This document shows, in pieces, positions 1-7,916 of a DNA stretch of 16,816 bases. The notes beneath the pieces are model-generated. The model saw only the letters and a list, made by a program, of their open reading frames with translations, was not told the DNA's origin and ran no database searches. A program made the translations under genes and the position numbers. The stretch's first letter is position 1; the number at the start of each line of letters is the position of its first letter. This DNA is from a candidate division TM6 bacterium GW2011_GWE2_41_16 (GTDB lineage Bacteria; Babelota; Babeliae; Babelales; Babelaceae): contig LCAT01000022.1 of the NCBI GenBank assembly GCA_000996695.1, positions 1-16,816 on the forward strand, read 5' to 3'.

Positions 1-2428
1 TATAGCTCGCAAGAACAGCAAGCTGTGGCGAACTATTTTGTTTATTATTAAAAGTTGTCCAATCTTCTGGTGTAAGCGCACCGGTTGTTGCTTCACTTGC
101 TGTTGCAAGTGAGAGTATCTGACCGCCAACTCCATCTATACTGAGCCCGTTTGCATTGCCAATCGTTACTGGATCATGGGACCCCTGGTTAATCGTAAAG
201 CCCGTTGCGCCCGGAGTAATCCATGCAACACCATCTGTTGCAGGCGCCTCAAAAGCCCATGATACACGATCTCCTGATGTTTTGACATACCCCGTGACCC
301 CACCTGCCTCTTCCACCTGCAAACCACAATCAGAACCCGTTGTTGCTGATCCACCAACATTTGTCGTGATCAATTTATTGGTAACATTAAGGTTTTGAAC
401 ATTTTGGTATGACAGTGTGCCCAGAACGTTAACCTGCGACCCTGGCTCAGAATTGCCCAGATTAATAATACGAGGACCAGCGCCCGTCGCAATATTTACG
501 ATACCTGCATTAATAAGACCGAGATTGAGCGTACCCGTAGGAGCAGCCCTCATTGTTTTGTTACCATTTTTTGTGCGAGATCTGCCCGGACCTACATCAA
601 TACCATTATCAGCAAAAATCTCACCTGTCATTACGATAGAACCCGTGAACCTTGAATTACCGGTAAACGTTTTATCACCAGAGATCGTTTGAATATCTGT
701 TGTTACGGCACCAGCTGATGTCTCGCTTGCCGCTGCAAGCGTAAGAACCTGGCTCGCATCTATCGCTAAACCGTTCGCTGGGTCACCAATTGTCACAGCA
801 TTATGGGGCGATGGTGGCGTTTGCCATGAGAGATTTGCCGAACCAGCCATACCATCCGTCGTCAAAACTTGGCCAGAAGAACCCACATTGCCTGGCAACT
901 TAAGCACAAAGCTTGAAGGAACACTGTTTGGTGCTTGCAGAGCAACGTAATGCGCACCTGTCCCATCTTTGAGCTGTAATTGTTTGTTGCTTCCAAGCAC
1001 CACATTGTTCGCAAGAGTCGTGATACCGGTCACACCGAGCGAACCACCTATCGTTGTATTACCTGCAATAGAAGGATTATCTATTACATTCACGACAACA
1101 TTATCACCCGTTGTTGATACATTGGTGTTTGTACCAGAGGCAATATTGCGCAGATTAAACGTTTGTCCGATCTGGTTTTTATAAACTTGCCCTGCACCAC
1201 TTCCAACATTTACCATCTGATAATTTGATCCAGAAGAAAACTGTGCCCATGTTGTCGGATCAGTATCGATGGTAAGAGGAGGGACTCGAGGGCTCGTGCA
1301 TACCCATGCAGAACCGGCATTAAGTGTTCCGGCTTGCACGTATACATAACTGCCACCGGGATTCACGCCATTCGGAGGCGGAGTCGTACCATTATAATCA
1401 GTTGAACGAGTCCAGAACGATGTATTTGCAACCCATAAACCATTGTGTACCGCGTTTGACTGATTTTGTGCAAGCACCCTATTACCGTCAACAACTGCAA
1501 TGTCATCGATAATTTGTTCACCTCTCAGCACAATATTATTTGTGGCAACAACACGTGCAGGGGCCAAAACATTAAGCCCCTGAGCCATAAAATCGACGTA
1601 CTGTTTTGTCGCAAGATCATGGATACTCGCTGGTGAATAACTTGCAATCGTCGTTGGAATACCATTGAATAACGCTTGTGCATTACACGTCACATTTTGA
1701 TTAAAGGTCACATCACCATTAAAATCCGTTGCAGAAAGTGAATTGCCGATTATAGTCGAGGACATACCCGTTGAGTTAATATGCGTTGCGCCTTGAATAC
1801 TTGTGTCACCACGAATACTCGTTACGCCTTGCATGGTTATGGTATCAGTGGATTCATTGCCAAGCACCGTATTACCCGTAACGATTATTCCATCGTCAAA
1901 AGCTGTTGTTTGACCAACAATAACGGGACCATTGAGTGTTGTTGGTCCTGCAACGGTCAAAAATCCTTTTACAACAATATTGTCAGGAACAGGGTTTCCT
2001 TGCGACTGTGGTCTTGATGGTGCACCAACAGACTTTTGTGTAGATGGGCGCAGAGCTCGCGCAAAAACTTTTTCCTTAAAATCTATCGCCTTAAGAATTG
2101 TTTCAGTTTCATTATCATTTAAAAAAAAAGGCTGAGATTCAAGCACAGAACACAGCTCACGCACAATAGACTCGGGCAAGATAGAAAATTTTGTATACTC
2201 ACGTTGAGCCAAAAACTCGTGTAATTGCTTGGTTTTTTCTGGTGCAAGCGAGCAAACTTTTGCAAACAATGCGAAAGTCTTTTGGTCATACATCGAGAAC
2301 TCTCCGACCGAACAATCGCACGTCGAAGAATCTTCGGGCAAAAGCATCGTAGTCGAAAGCGTTCCGAGACTAGATTTAAAAAACACCAAAAGCAAAGATA
2401 ATATGCTTATTCGTACAAAATTTTTCAT
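1..2428 (-). CDS. Large secreted fibre/adhesin-like protein, partial. The N-terminal 809 aa lie in the window and the C-terminus is beyond the window start.
   Basis: I translated the minus strand by hand from the ATG at 2428-2426 (MKNFVRISILSLLLVFFKSSLG..., a signal-peptide-like N-terminus). I saw no stop codon down to position 2. A GAGGG Shine-Dalgarno lies 8 nt upstream. No other long ORF exists in any frame across 1-2400. The protein is Gly/Thr/Asn/Val-rich and has repeated modules (VTIGxxANGLxIDxxxQxLxLAxASExxxGxxT ... GDKTFTG ... DWTTFNNK) that I recall from phage tail-fibre and fibrous adhesin proteins. It is missing from the ORF track presumably because it has no stop inside the window. 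Confidence 0.7.
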   Translation of the reverse strand, partial: MKNFVRISILSLLLVFFKSSLGTLSTTMLLPEDSSTCDCSVGEFSMYDQKTFALFAKVCSLAPEKTKQLHEFLAQREYTKFSILPESIVRELCSVLESQPFFLNDNETETILKAIDFKEKVFARALRPSTQKSVGAPSRPQSQGNPVPDNIVVKGFLTVAGPTTLNGPVIVGQTTAFDDGIIVTGNTVLGNESTDTITMQGVTSIRGDTSIQGATHINSTGMSSTIIGNSLSATDFNGDVTFNQNVTCNAQALFNGIPTTIASYSPASIHDLATKQYVDFMAQGLNVLAPARVVATNNIVLRGEQIIDDIAVVDGNRVLAQNQSNAVHNGLWVANTSFWTRSTDYNGTTPPPNGVNPGGSYVYVQAGTLNAGSAWVCTSPRVPPLTIDTDPTTWAQFSSGSNYQMVNVGSGAGQVYKNQIGQTFNLRNIASGTNTNVSTTGDNVVVNVIDNPSIAGNTTIGGSLGVTGITTLANNVVLGSNKQLQLKDGTGAHYVALQAPNSVPSSFVLKLPGNVGSSGQVLTTDGMAGSANLSWQTPPSPHNAVTIGDPANGLAIDASQVLTLAAASETSAGAVTTDIQTISGDKTFTGNSRFTGSIVMTGEIFADNGIDVGPGRSRTKNGNKTMRAAPTGTLNLGLINAGIVNIATGAGPRIINLGNSEPGSQVNVLGTLSYQNVQNLNVTNKLITTNVGGSATTGSDCGLQVEEAGGVTGYVKTSGDRVSWAFEAPATDGVAWITPGATGFTINQGSHDPVTIGNANGLSIDGVGGQILSLATASEATTGALTPEDWTTFNNKQNSSPQLAVLASY

Positions 2429-2470
2429 ACACTTGCCCTCAAAAAGTTTCAAAACATATTGAGGGCGAAA

Positions 2471-2920
2471 TTAGCATGCAAAAACTAAAAAGTCTCCACA
2501 AAAAAAATATTTAAAAAAAACTCCATTCAATGCTCTGATGACTACTATACAACAAAATTTAAATCGATACGTTTTGGTTATCGTTTTGCGCAGACTATTA
2601 GCAAGATTCACTAAGCTTCGCCCATCAACCAGACACGCCCTGAGAAATGTTTGTAGGTACGTATTACTTGAATGTATAGCAAGGTCCATTAAACATTGCA
2701 CATGTAACACTCCTGCTAATGGAGCTGATAATCCAAAAAACCATACAAGAATAAGAATAAAGATTGATTGTACAATCAAAAAAAATACATCTCGCAAGAA
2801 ACGACCAAGAAGCAGAGCCAACCTACTTATGGGTGTAACACGAAAACGCTCAATGCCCCCTGAACGTATGTCATCGATAAGGCAAAAGCCACCAAACGCT
2901 GTTCCATACATCGCAGTCAT
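2471..2920 (-). pseudogene. ABC-2 family transporter permease remnant, truncated at both ends (149 aa).
   Basis: Residues 17-40 (DIRSGGIERFRVTPISRLALLLGRFL) match the hallmark E-x-G-T-x-E ... TP-x-S-R-x-ELL-x-GK motif of ABC-2 permeases. It is followed by a single TM-like segment (FFLIVQSIFILILVWFFGL). In intact permeases this motif sits around residue 100-120 of about 250 aa. Here it is at residue 20, and an in-frame TAA lies 13 codons upstream of the ATG. The C-terminal 80 aa are not TM-like. No Shine-Dalgarno is present. Confidence 0.4.
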
Positions 2921-2960
2921 AATCGCTTTATCTGTAGATCAAAATTATTTTATGACTTTA

Positions 2961-3680
2961 TCATTTGATGTTGTTTTTTGAATTAATCATTGCAACCGTC
3001 GCATTGCGTTGGTCATTTTGATCACGTCGCCAGGAGCAATAGTGTGTGTGGCATATGGTACACACATGATGTGTGTCATCGATGTTGTGTGCAGGCACAC
3101 CCGCCTTGAGCATACGATTTTTGACATAACCAACAAGATCGAACATATGCCCATGGCTTTGTTTGACAAAAAAAGACGCTACACAAGGATCGCCCGTTTG
3201 TGCGCAAAAATCATCGCTTACTTGATAACAACATGCTCCACCGCATGGTCCGATCATACATTTTAAATCCTGAGCACAACAACCAAACCGTGTTCCCATG
3301 GCGTCAAAACATGTTTCTATTACTCCACTAACAGCTCCACGCCAACCCGCATGAATCACCGCAACAACTTGTTTTGACTCATCAATACAAATTATCGGCA
3401 CGCAATCGGCAGTTAATACACCGATAGCAACGCCCGGAACATTGGTTATTAAAAAATCACCTGGTCTTAGACAAAGTTCATTACCACTCAGAGGTGCATC
3501 AACGACAACACCAATCTTTCCGTGTATTTGTTCTAAAAGAACTAGAGATTTTGCCCCTATTTTTTGAGCAAGCTGCTGATATGGCATTTCATCATACGGC
3601 GCGCAACCTGTTTTTTTTACCAAGCCATCGATTGCATCACCAAAATAAAACATACAGAACATCGATATATCCTCATCCAT
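2961..3680 (-). CDS. pgeF: YfiH/PgeF family protein (DUF152; purine nucleoside phosphorylase / peptidoglycan editing factor).
   Basis: 239 aa with the family's diagnostic motifs: LTADCVPI, VAVIHAGWRGAVSGV, and a Cys/His cluster near the C-terminus (HHVCTICHTHY). The ATG at 3680 overlaps the upstream gene's stop by 8 nt (ATGGATGA), which suggests translational coupling. Confidence 0.85.
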   Translation of the reverse strand: MDEDISMFCMFYFGDAIDGLVKKTGCAPYDEMPYQQLAQKIGAKSLVLLEQIHGKIGVVVDAPLSGNELCLRPGDFLITNVPGVAIGVLTADCVPIICIDESKQVVAVIHAGWRGAVSGVIETCFDAMGTRFGCCAQDLKCMIGPCGGACCYQVSDDFCAQTGDPCVASFFVKQSHGHMFDLVGYVKNRMLKAGVPAHNIDDTHHVCTICHTHYCSWRRDQNDQRNATVAMINSKNNIK

Positions 3681-4281
3681 TCACAAGAACATTAGAAGAC
3701 ACATCAAAACTATGCGCACCATGAGACGATATTTCAGTAATGTGATAGAAAGGATCTTCTCGTTTTTTTAGTATCGTAAGAGTTTTACCAACATCGTCCA
3801 GTTTAAGCCGCACAAAAATATTTTTTTGAATTGATCGATACATAGTAGTCAATAAGGAAATCAAAAAATCACAAGAATCGCCTTTAATTCCTACCAGGTT
3901 AAGCTCCCATACGCAGGTATCTTGCATATTAATTTCATAAAAAAGCATCCCGATCACTCTATAAAATTGCTCCCCAAGATCATGGCAATCGAGCGTAAGC
4001 AAAGAATTATCTTTATTGAGAAGAACATAAGCAGAAATAGCATGTATGTGCCCGAAAGACAAAACCGCCAAAGCATTTGTAAGCATATCTATCGGCTGAA
4101 CAGACAACACTGCAGGGATACTCGGGCCAGCTTCAGACAATTTCTGTCCACACAAGTTCACATGAGCCATTTGAGAACATAATGCTTTTTCAGGATCAAA
4201 AAAAGGTTGAGGATTTTGTTGTTCCATTGAATGTATTGGTATGATCAAAAACAACAGAATGGTTAAAAGAAGCTTCTTCAT
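3673..4281 (-). CDS. Secreted hypothetical protein with a signal peptide and several Cys residues.
   Basis: The ORF-track ORF is 3673..4293. The internal ATG at 4281 is preceded by GGGGA at a 6-nt spacing and begins the classic signal peptide MKKLLLTILLFLIIPIHS. The mature region of about 180 aa contains multiple Cys. I recognised no family. It overlaps pgeF by 8 nt. Confidence 0.65.
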   Translation of the reverse strand: MKKLLLTILLFLIIPIHSMEQQNPQPFFDPEKALCSQMAHVNLCGQKLSEAGPSIPAVLSVQPIDMLTNALAVLSFGHIHAISAYVLLNKDNSLLTLDCHDLGEQFYRVIGMLFYEINMQDTCVWELNLVGIKGDSCDFLISLLTTMYRSIQKNIFVRLKLDDVGKTLTILKKREDPFYHITEISSHGAHSFDVSSNVLVNG

Positions 4282-4418
4282 CACAATCCCCATTAAAGCT
4301 GGTTGAAATACATCGACTATTACCAGCGTAAATGAGCAGCTAAAAAAAGTAAGAGATGTTTATGAAAAACGTTTTTTTGATGCATAAAGACATACAAAAT
4401 TAGAATGAAGTTGGCTTT

Positions 4419-5009
4419 TTATTGCTTTTCATCAGCAATTTCTTCTAATTGCTTACACCATACATCGCGTTCATTCTGAAAAACACGTACTAACCTATAG
4501 GATACTGGCTCATATGAACTATTTTTTATGCATAAGCATGACCACGAAAAATTATTTTCTCCAACAAAATGTAACATATTTATTGTTTTACATTGGTTCA
4601 TACATGTTTTCATTTTAGAAAACAAATCGGCACGAATCTCATATGGATCTACGCTCATATGCAAAAACAACACGGCTGCTACACATATGTCAGCGTGACT
4701 TAATACTTCAAAAAAATCATTTATCGTACAAATAACCGAGTGAGGATTGGTAATCTTTGTACAATCAAAAAAAAACTCATGGGTTGTTGCATATCGTTTC
4801 ATAAAATCACAAAAATCCAAAGTTCCTTTTTTTATATATATTTTTCGTTCTGGAGCAAGAAGACCGAAACCATCTGTGCTAAAATCGCATTTGTGTAGAT
4901 TTTTATTAAATTCACTCGTACGAGTTGCAACATTTTCACACGCATTCATAGACTTGGCGCCGCAAAACATACCTAAAAAAAATATCGCCATTGCAACACG
5001 ATTAATCAT
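4419..5009 (-). CDS. Secreted hypothetical protein with a signal peptide and Cys residues. It is a possible distant paralog of 3673..4281.
   Basis: The ORF-track start at 5024 is a TTG. Two ATGs follow at 5012 and 5009, after a GAGGGGG Shine-Dalgarno, and spacing favours 5009. The N-terminus MINRVAMAIFFLGMFCGAKS is signal-peptide-like. The mature part (VLSHADICVAAVLFL ... HFVGENNFSWSCLCI) loosely resembles the neighbour (VLSFGHIHAISAYVLL ... LVGIKGDSCDFLISLL). Confidence 0.6.
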   Translation of the reverse strand: MINRVAMAIFFLGMFCGAKSMNACENVATRTSEFNKNLHKCDFSTDGFGLLAPERKIYIKKGTLDFCDFMKRYATTHEFFFDCTKITNPHSVICTINDFFEVLSHADICVAAVLFLHMSVDPYEIRADLFSKMKTCMNQCKTINMLHFVGENNFSWSCLCIKNSSYEPVSYRLVRVFQNERDVWCKQLEEIADEKQ

Positions 5010-5166
5010 CATACCCCCTCTCAAACCATATATTAACGGTCATGCTTGAGGGTATTATTTTGAATCTGAAAAAGTAAAGGGTTTTACACTAACAACAGTT
5101 ATTTGGGAACTAAAAGCATATTTTGTGATAAACTCTATCAACAATCTACATGCCTTTTTCATCAAT

Positions 5167-5297
5167 TATGGCGAAAGCCATGGTGCGTCATAAAGTAGTA
5201 CGGCCTTTTAGAGGCGTACCAAGACCGCACTATTTTAGGCCCGCTCAAAAGTGTTTTTTGTTTAAAGCCTCGGCGTAGGCTGGGTGGACCTCGCTAT
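5167..5297 (+). repeat. Copy A of a GC-rich structured intergenic repeat element (~131 bp).
   Basis: Two blocks are shared with copy B at 8844..8973: atggc(g/a)aaagccatggtgcgtc (21/22 identical) and gaccgcactattttaggcccgctcaaaagt (30/30 identical), plus a similar 3' end ...tgggtggacctcgctata / ...agtgggcttcgctata. Conserved hairpins are ATGGC-gaaa-GCCAT, GTGCG...CGCAC (with an extra nested hairpin in this copy), CAAAA-gtgtt-TTTTG and AGCCT-cggcgt-AGGCT. The element sits in the AT-rich divergent promoter region upstream of the GNAT-acs operon. Confidence 0.8.
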
Positions 5298-5400
5298 ATC
5301 TATCATAAAATTACTGTTTATCTCACACAACACAAAATCTGTTAAAATGTGTAAAAAGTGATTTCCAATGGCATAAGAACTTTACCCCAAAGGACGCCCT

Positions 5401-5940
5401 ATGCATTTTGGTGAATATTCCATTCGTGCATCAATTAAAACTGATGCATCTGAAATACTGTCTTTATACAAAAAAGTTGCACAGCTCACACCAGGAGGAC
5501 TCGTTCGTACGCCTGAAGAAATAACACAAGACTACGTCAATACATTTTTATCAAAAACGCTTGATCATGGATTAGGATTTGTCGTTACAAACACCGAACA
5601 TAAAATTATTGCCGAAATACATACATACTCATTAGGCATCAAAGCCTTTAATCATGTATGGGGAGATTTGACCATTTGCGTAGATCCTGACTACCAGAAC
5701 AAAAAAATTGGCTCAACACTTTTTGGATACCTTCTCGATCAAATTACTCAAAAATATACGCATATTCTCAAAGTATGCATTGTCGTTCGATCAACAAATC
5801 AACGTGCTCGTCATGTATACGAAAAATTAGGATTCATTCAAGAAGGCTTATTCGCTCGCCAAATTCGTGATCAACAAACAGGTCAATTTATTGACGACAT
5901 TCCATTTGCCTGGTTTAATCCTGGCTACCAAAAAGATTAA
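5401..5940 (+). CDS. GNAT family N-acetyltransferase.
   Basis: 179 aa. The acetyl-CoA binding motif A region is QNKKIGSTLFGYLL, followed by a conserved ...ARHVYEKLGF... segment. The Shine-Dalgarno AAAGGA sits 6 nt upstream. The stop lies 9 nt before the acs start, so the two genes share an operon. Confidence 0.8.
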   Translation: MHFGEYSIRASIKTDASEILSLYKKVAQLTPGGLVRTPEEITQDYVNTFLSKTLDHGLGFVVTNTEHKIIAEIHTYSLGIKAFNHVWGDLTICVDPDYQNKKIGSTLFGYLLDQITQKYTHILKVCIVVRSTNQRARHVYEKLGFIQEGLFARQIRDQQTGQFIDDIPFAWFNPGYQKD

Positions 5941-5949
5941 GGACCACAC

Positions 5950-7821
5950 ATGAAAAATTACGCTCACGAGTATGCGCTTTCAGTGAATAATCCATCAAAA
6001 TATTGGCTTGAGCAATCAAGCAATATTGCATGGTCAAAAACGCCAACCCGTGGCTGCTCGTACAATTGGGAATCAACTAAAGGCACCATTTTTACCGAGT
6101 GGTTTGCAGACGGAGAACTTAACATCACGGTGAGCTGCCTTGATAAACACGCACAAAACACGCCCGAAAAAGTAGCTTTATTATGGCAAGGTGAACAATC
6201 AGATAATGTACACACATACACCTACAAACAACTGTTGGAAGCTGTATGCCAGTGCGCACACATGCTTACCAACCTGGGCATTAAAACCGGAGATATCATT
6301 GCGCTCTTTATGCCCATGATCCCCGAAACCTATATCGCGACACTTGCCTGTGCACGCATTGGGGCTGTGCATAGCATTATTTTTAGTGGCCTCAGCGCAC
6401 ATGCCCTTGCAACACGCCTTAATGATCTCAAAGCACAAACGCTCATTACCGCAGCTTCTGCCGTGCGTAATGGCAAAAATATTCCTTTACTTGATAGTGC
6501 CCGCCAAGCTCGCGCATGCTCACCAAGTATCACGAAAACAGTGGTGATCAATCATGATGAACAAAGCTCGCTCGAATCGGATGAGTACAATTGGCATACA
6601 GAAATTAACAATCTTCCAAAAACATTTGAGCCGGTTATTCGCCATGCTGAAGACGCTCTCTTTATTCTTTACACCTCAGGATCAACAGGCAAACCGAAAG
6701 GGCTGGTGCATACCTGCGGAGGATACATCCTGTACGCATCCATGACACATAAACAGGTATTCGATATACAACCAGAAGATGTGTACTGGTGCACGGCGGA
6801 TATTGGTTGGATCACGGGTCACAGTTACGGGCTATATGGACCGCTCTCGAACGGCTGTACAAGCATCCTTTTTGAGGGAGTACCAACCTACCCACAACCA
6901 GATCGTTACTGGCAGATTATTCAAAAATATCGTGTAACCAAATTTTACACCGCCCCCACCGTAATTCGCCTGCTTGCACAAGCGGGTACAAAATGGCTTG
7001 AGCCTTACGACTTATCATCTCTCAAAATACTTGGCAGCGTTGGTGAACCACTGGATCCCACAAGCTGGCAGTGGTACCACACACACGTAGGTAAAAATCG
7101 GTGCCATATCGTCGACACCTGGTGGCAAACAGAAACGGGCGGCGTCATGCTTTGTGCACTACCTGGTGAGCACAAAACGCAAGCAGGCACAGTTGGACAA
7201 CCATTTTATGGCATAAAACCTACCCTTGTTTCTGCAACAGAAGATCGCTCTATCACAGATCTCTGTATTACCCAGCCTTGGCCAGGCATTGCACGAACCA
7301 TTTTTAATGATCATGATGCGTACGCAAAAACATATTTCACCGCCCATTCTGGCATGTACACCAGTGGTGATGGTGCATTTTTAGATCATGACAATTACGT
7401 TATTACTGGCCGCATTGATGATGTACTTAATGTATCAGGACATCGTATAAGTTCGGCTGAAATTGAAGGTGCAATCGTCAAACATCCTACATGCGCCGAA
7501 GCGGCAGTCGTTGGCCAGCCGCACCCGATTAAAGGTGAAGGCATTGCCGCTTTTGTTGTTCTTAGTGCTGATTGCATTGAAACCGCAAAGCTACTGGATG
7601 AAATCAACCTATGCTTACGATCATGCATCGGACCCATCGCAAAAGTAGATTTTTTATATGTCGTTGAAGGGCTCCCCAAAACTCGTAGCGGCAAGGTCAT
7701 GCGACGCATTCTCAGAAAAATTGTTCATGGCACTACAGACATAGTGGGGCTTGGAGACATATCAACGCTGCTCAACCCTGAAATCATTTCAGAGATTATT
7801 AATAAAATTATTCATGGCTAA
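5950..7821 (+). CDS. acs: Acetyl-coenzyme A synthetase (AMP-forming).
   Basis: The 623-aa protein is collinear with E. coli Acs over its whole length. Motifs include the AMP-binding YTSGSTGKPKG, WWQTETGG, YTSGDGA..DGY..ITGRIDDVLNVSGHR and the C-terminal LPKTRSGKVMRRILRKI (the acetylatable Lys motif). The Shine-Dalgarno is TAAGGA. Confidence 0.95.
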   Translation: MKNYAHEYALSVNNPSKYWLEQSSNIAWSKTPTRGCSYNWESTKGTIFTEWFADGELNITVSCLDKHAQNTPEKVALLWQGEQSDNVHTYTYKQLLEAVCQCAHMLTNLGIKTGDIIALFMPMIPETYIATLACARIGAVHSIIFSGLSAHALATRLNDLKAQTLITAASAVRNGKNIPLLDSARQARACSPSITKTVVINHDEQSSLESDEYNWHTEINNLPKTFEPVIRHAEDALFILYTSGSTGKPKGLVHTCGGYILYASMTHKQVFDIQPEDVYWCTADIGWITGHSYGLYGPLSNGCTSILFEGVPTYPQPDRYWQIIQKYRVTKFYTAPTVIRLLAQAGTKWLEPYDLSSLKILGSVGEPLDPTSWQWYHTHVGKNRCHIVDTWWQTETGGVMLCALPGEHKTQAGTVGQPFYGIKPTLVSATEDRSITDLCITQPWPGIARTIFNDHDAYAKTYFTAHSGMYTSGDGAFLDHDNYVITGRIDDVLNVSGHRISSAEIEGAIVKHPTCAEAAVVGQPHPIKGEGIAAFVVLSADCIETAKLLDEINLCLRSCIGPIAKVDFLYVVEGLPKTRSGKVMRRILRKIVHGTTDIVGLGDISTLLNPEIISEIINKIIHG

Positions 7822-7916
7822 CAACCGCGACGTCTTTGCCATGTTTTTGCAATCTGATATAATTATTACAATATGAATATTTTTTTTTAAAGCGTGTTTT
7901 ATTTTTAGGAGAAAAA

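Noticed and set aside
156-2135. Plus- and minus-strand ORF-track ORFs inside the first 2.1 kb (156..398, 166..360, 417..692, 969..1184, 1324..1512, 1781..2017, 1932..2135).
   Set aside because: All lie inside and out of frame with, or antisense to, the long minus-strand fibre-protein frame that is open across the whole region. Their products are low-complexity with no motifs.
2538-2981. 147-aa Arg/Lys-rich plus-strand ORF.
   Set aside because: It is antisense to the ABC-2 permease remnant, which has a clear family motif. The basic composition is the expected mirror of an AT-rich antisense frame. No Shine-Dalgarno is present.
4364-4385. The perfect palindrome AAAAACGTTTTT between the two secreted-protein genes, considered as a terminator.
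   Set aside because: The stem would be almost entirely A-U with no GC clamp. This is not a credible intrinsic terminator.
5036-5060. CTTGAGG...TTTGAAT near 5036, and CTTGAGCAATCAAG at 6007, considered as HspR HAIR sites (CTTGAGT-N7-ACTCAAG).
   Set aside because: Neither forms the required inverted repeat with 7-nt spacing, and the second is inside the acs coding sequence.
5167-5280. The 35-aa ORF (MAKAMVRHKVV...) starting at the ATG of repeat element copy A.
   Set aside because: The equivalent frame in copy B stops after 8 codons. The conservation is at the nucleotide and structure level, not the protein level.
5338-5349. An extended -10-like TGgTTAAAAT upstream of the GNAT-acs operon. Also TTGCAA/TATAAT/TACAAT combinations at 7847-7872, TTGACA at 9042-9047 with TATAAA at 9062-9067, and TTGCAA at 14335-14340.
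   Set aside because: In every case the -35/-10 spacing is wrong (5-15 nt) or one element is poor. AT-rich intergenic DNA throws up such hexamers by chance, so I do not call promoters.
5964-7709. Multiple 60-100-aa ORFs on both strands within 5964..7709.
   Set aside because: They are embedded in the acs gene, which is collinear with E. coli Acs across its length. These ORFs are frame-shadow artefacts.
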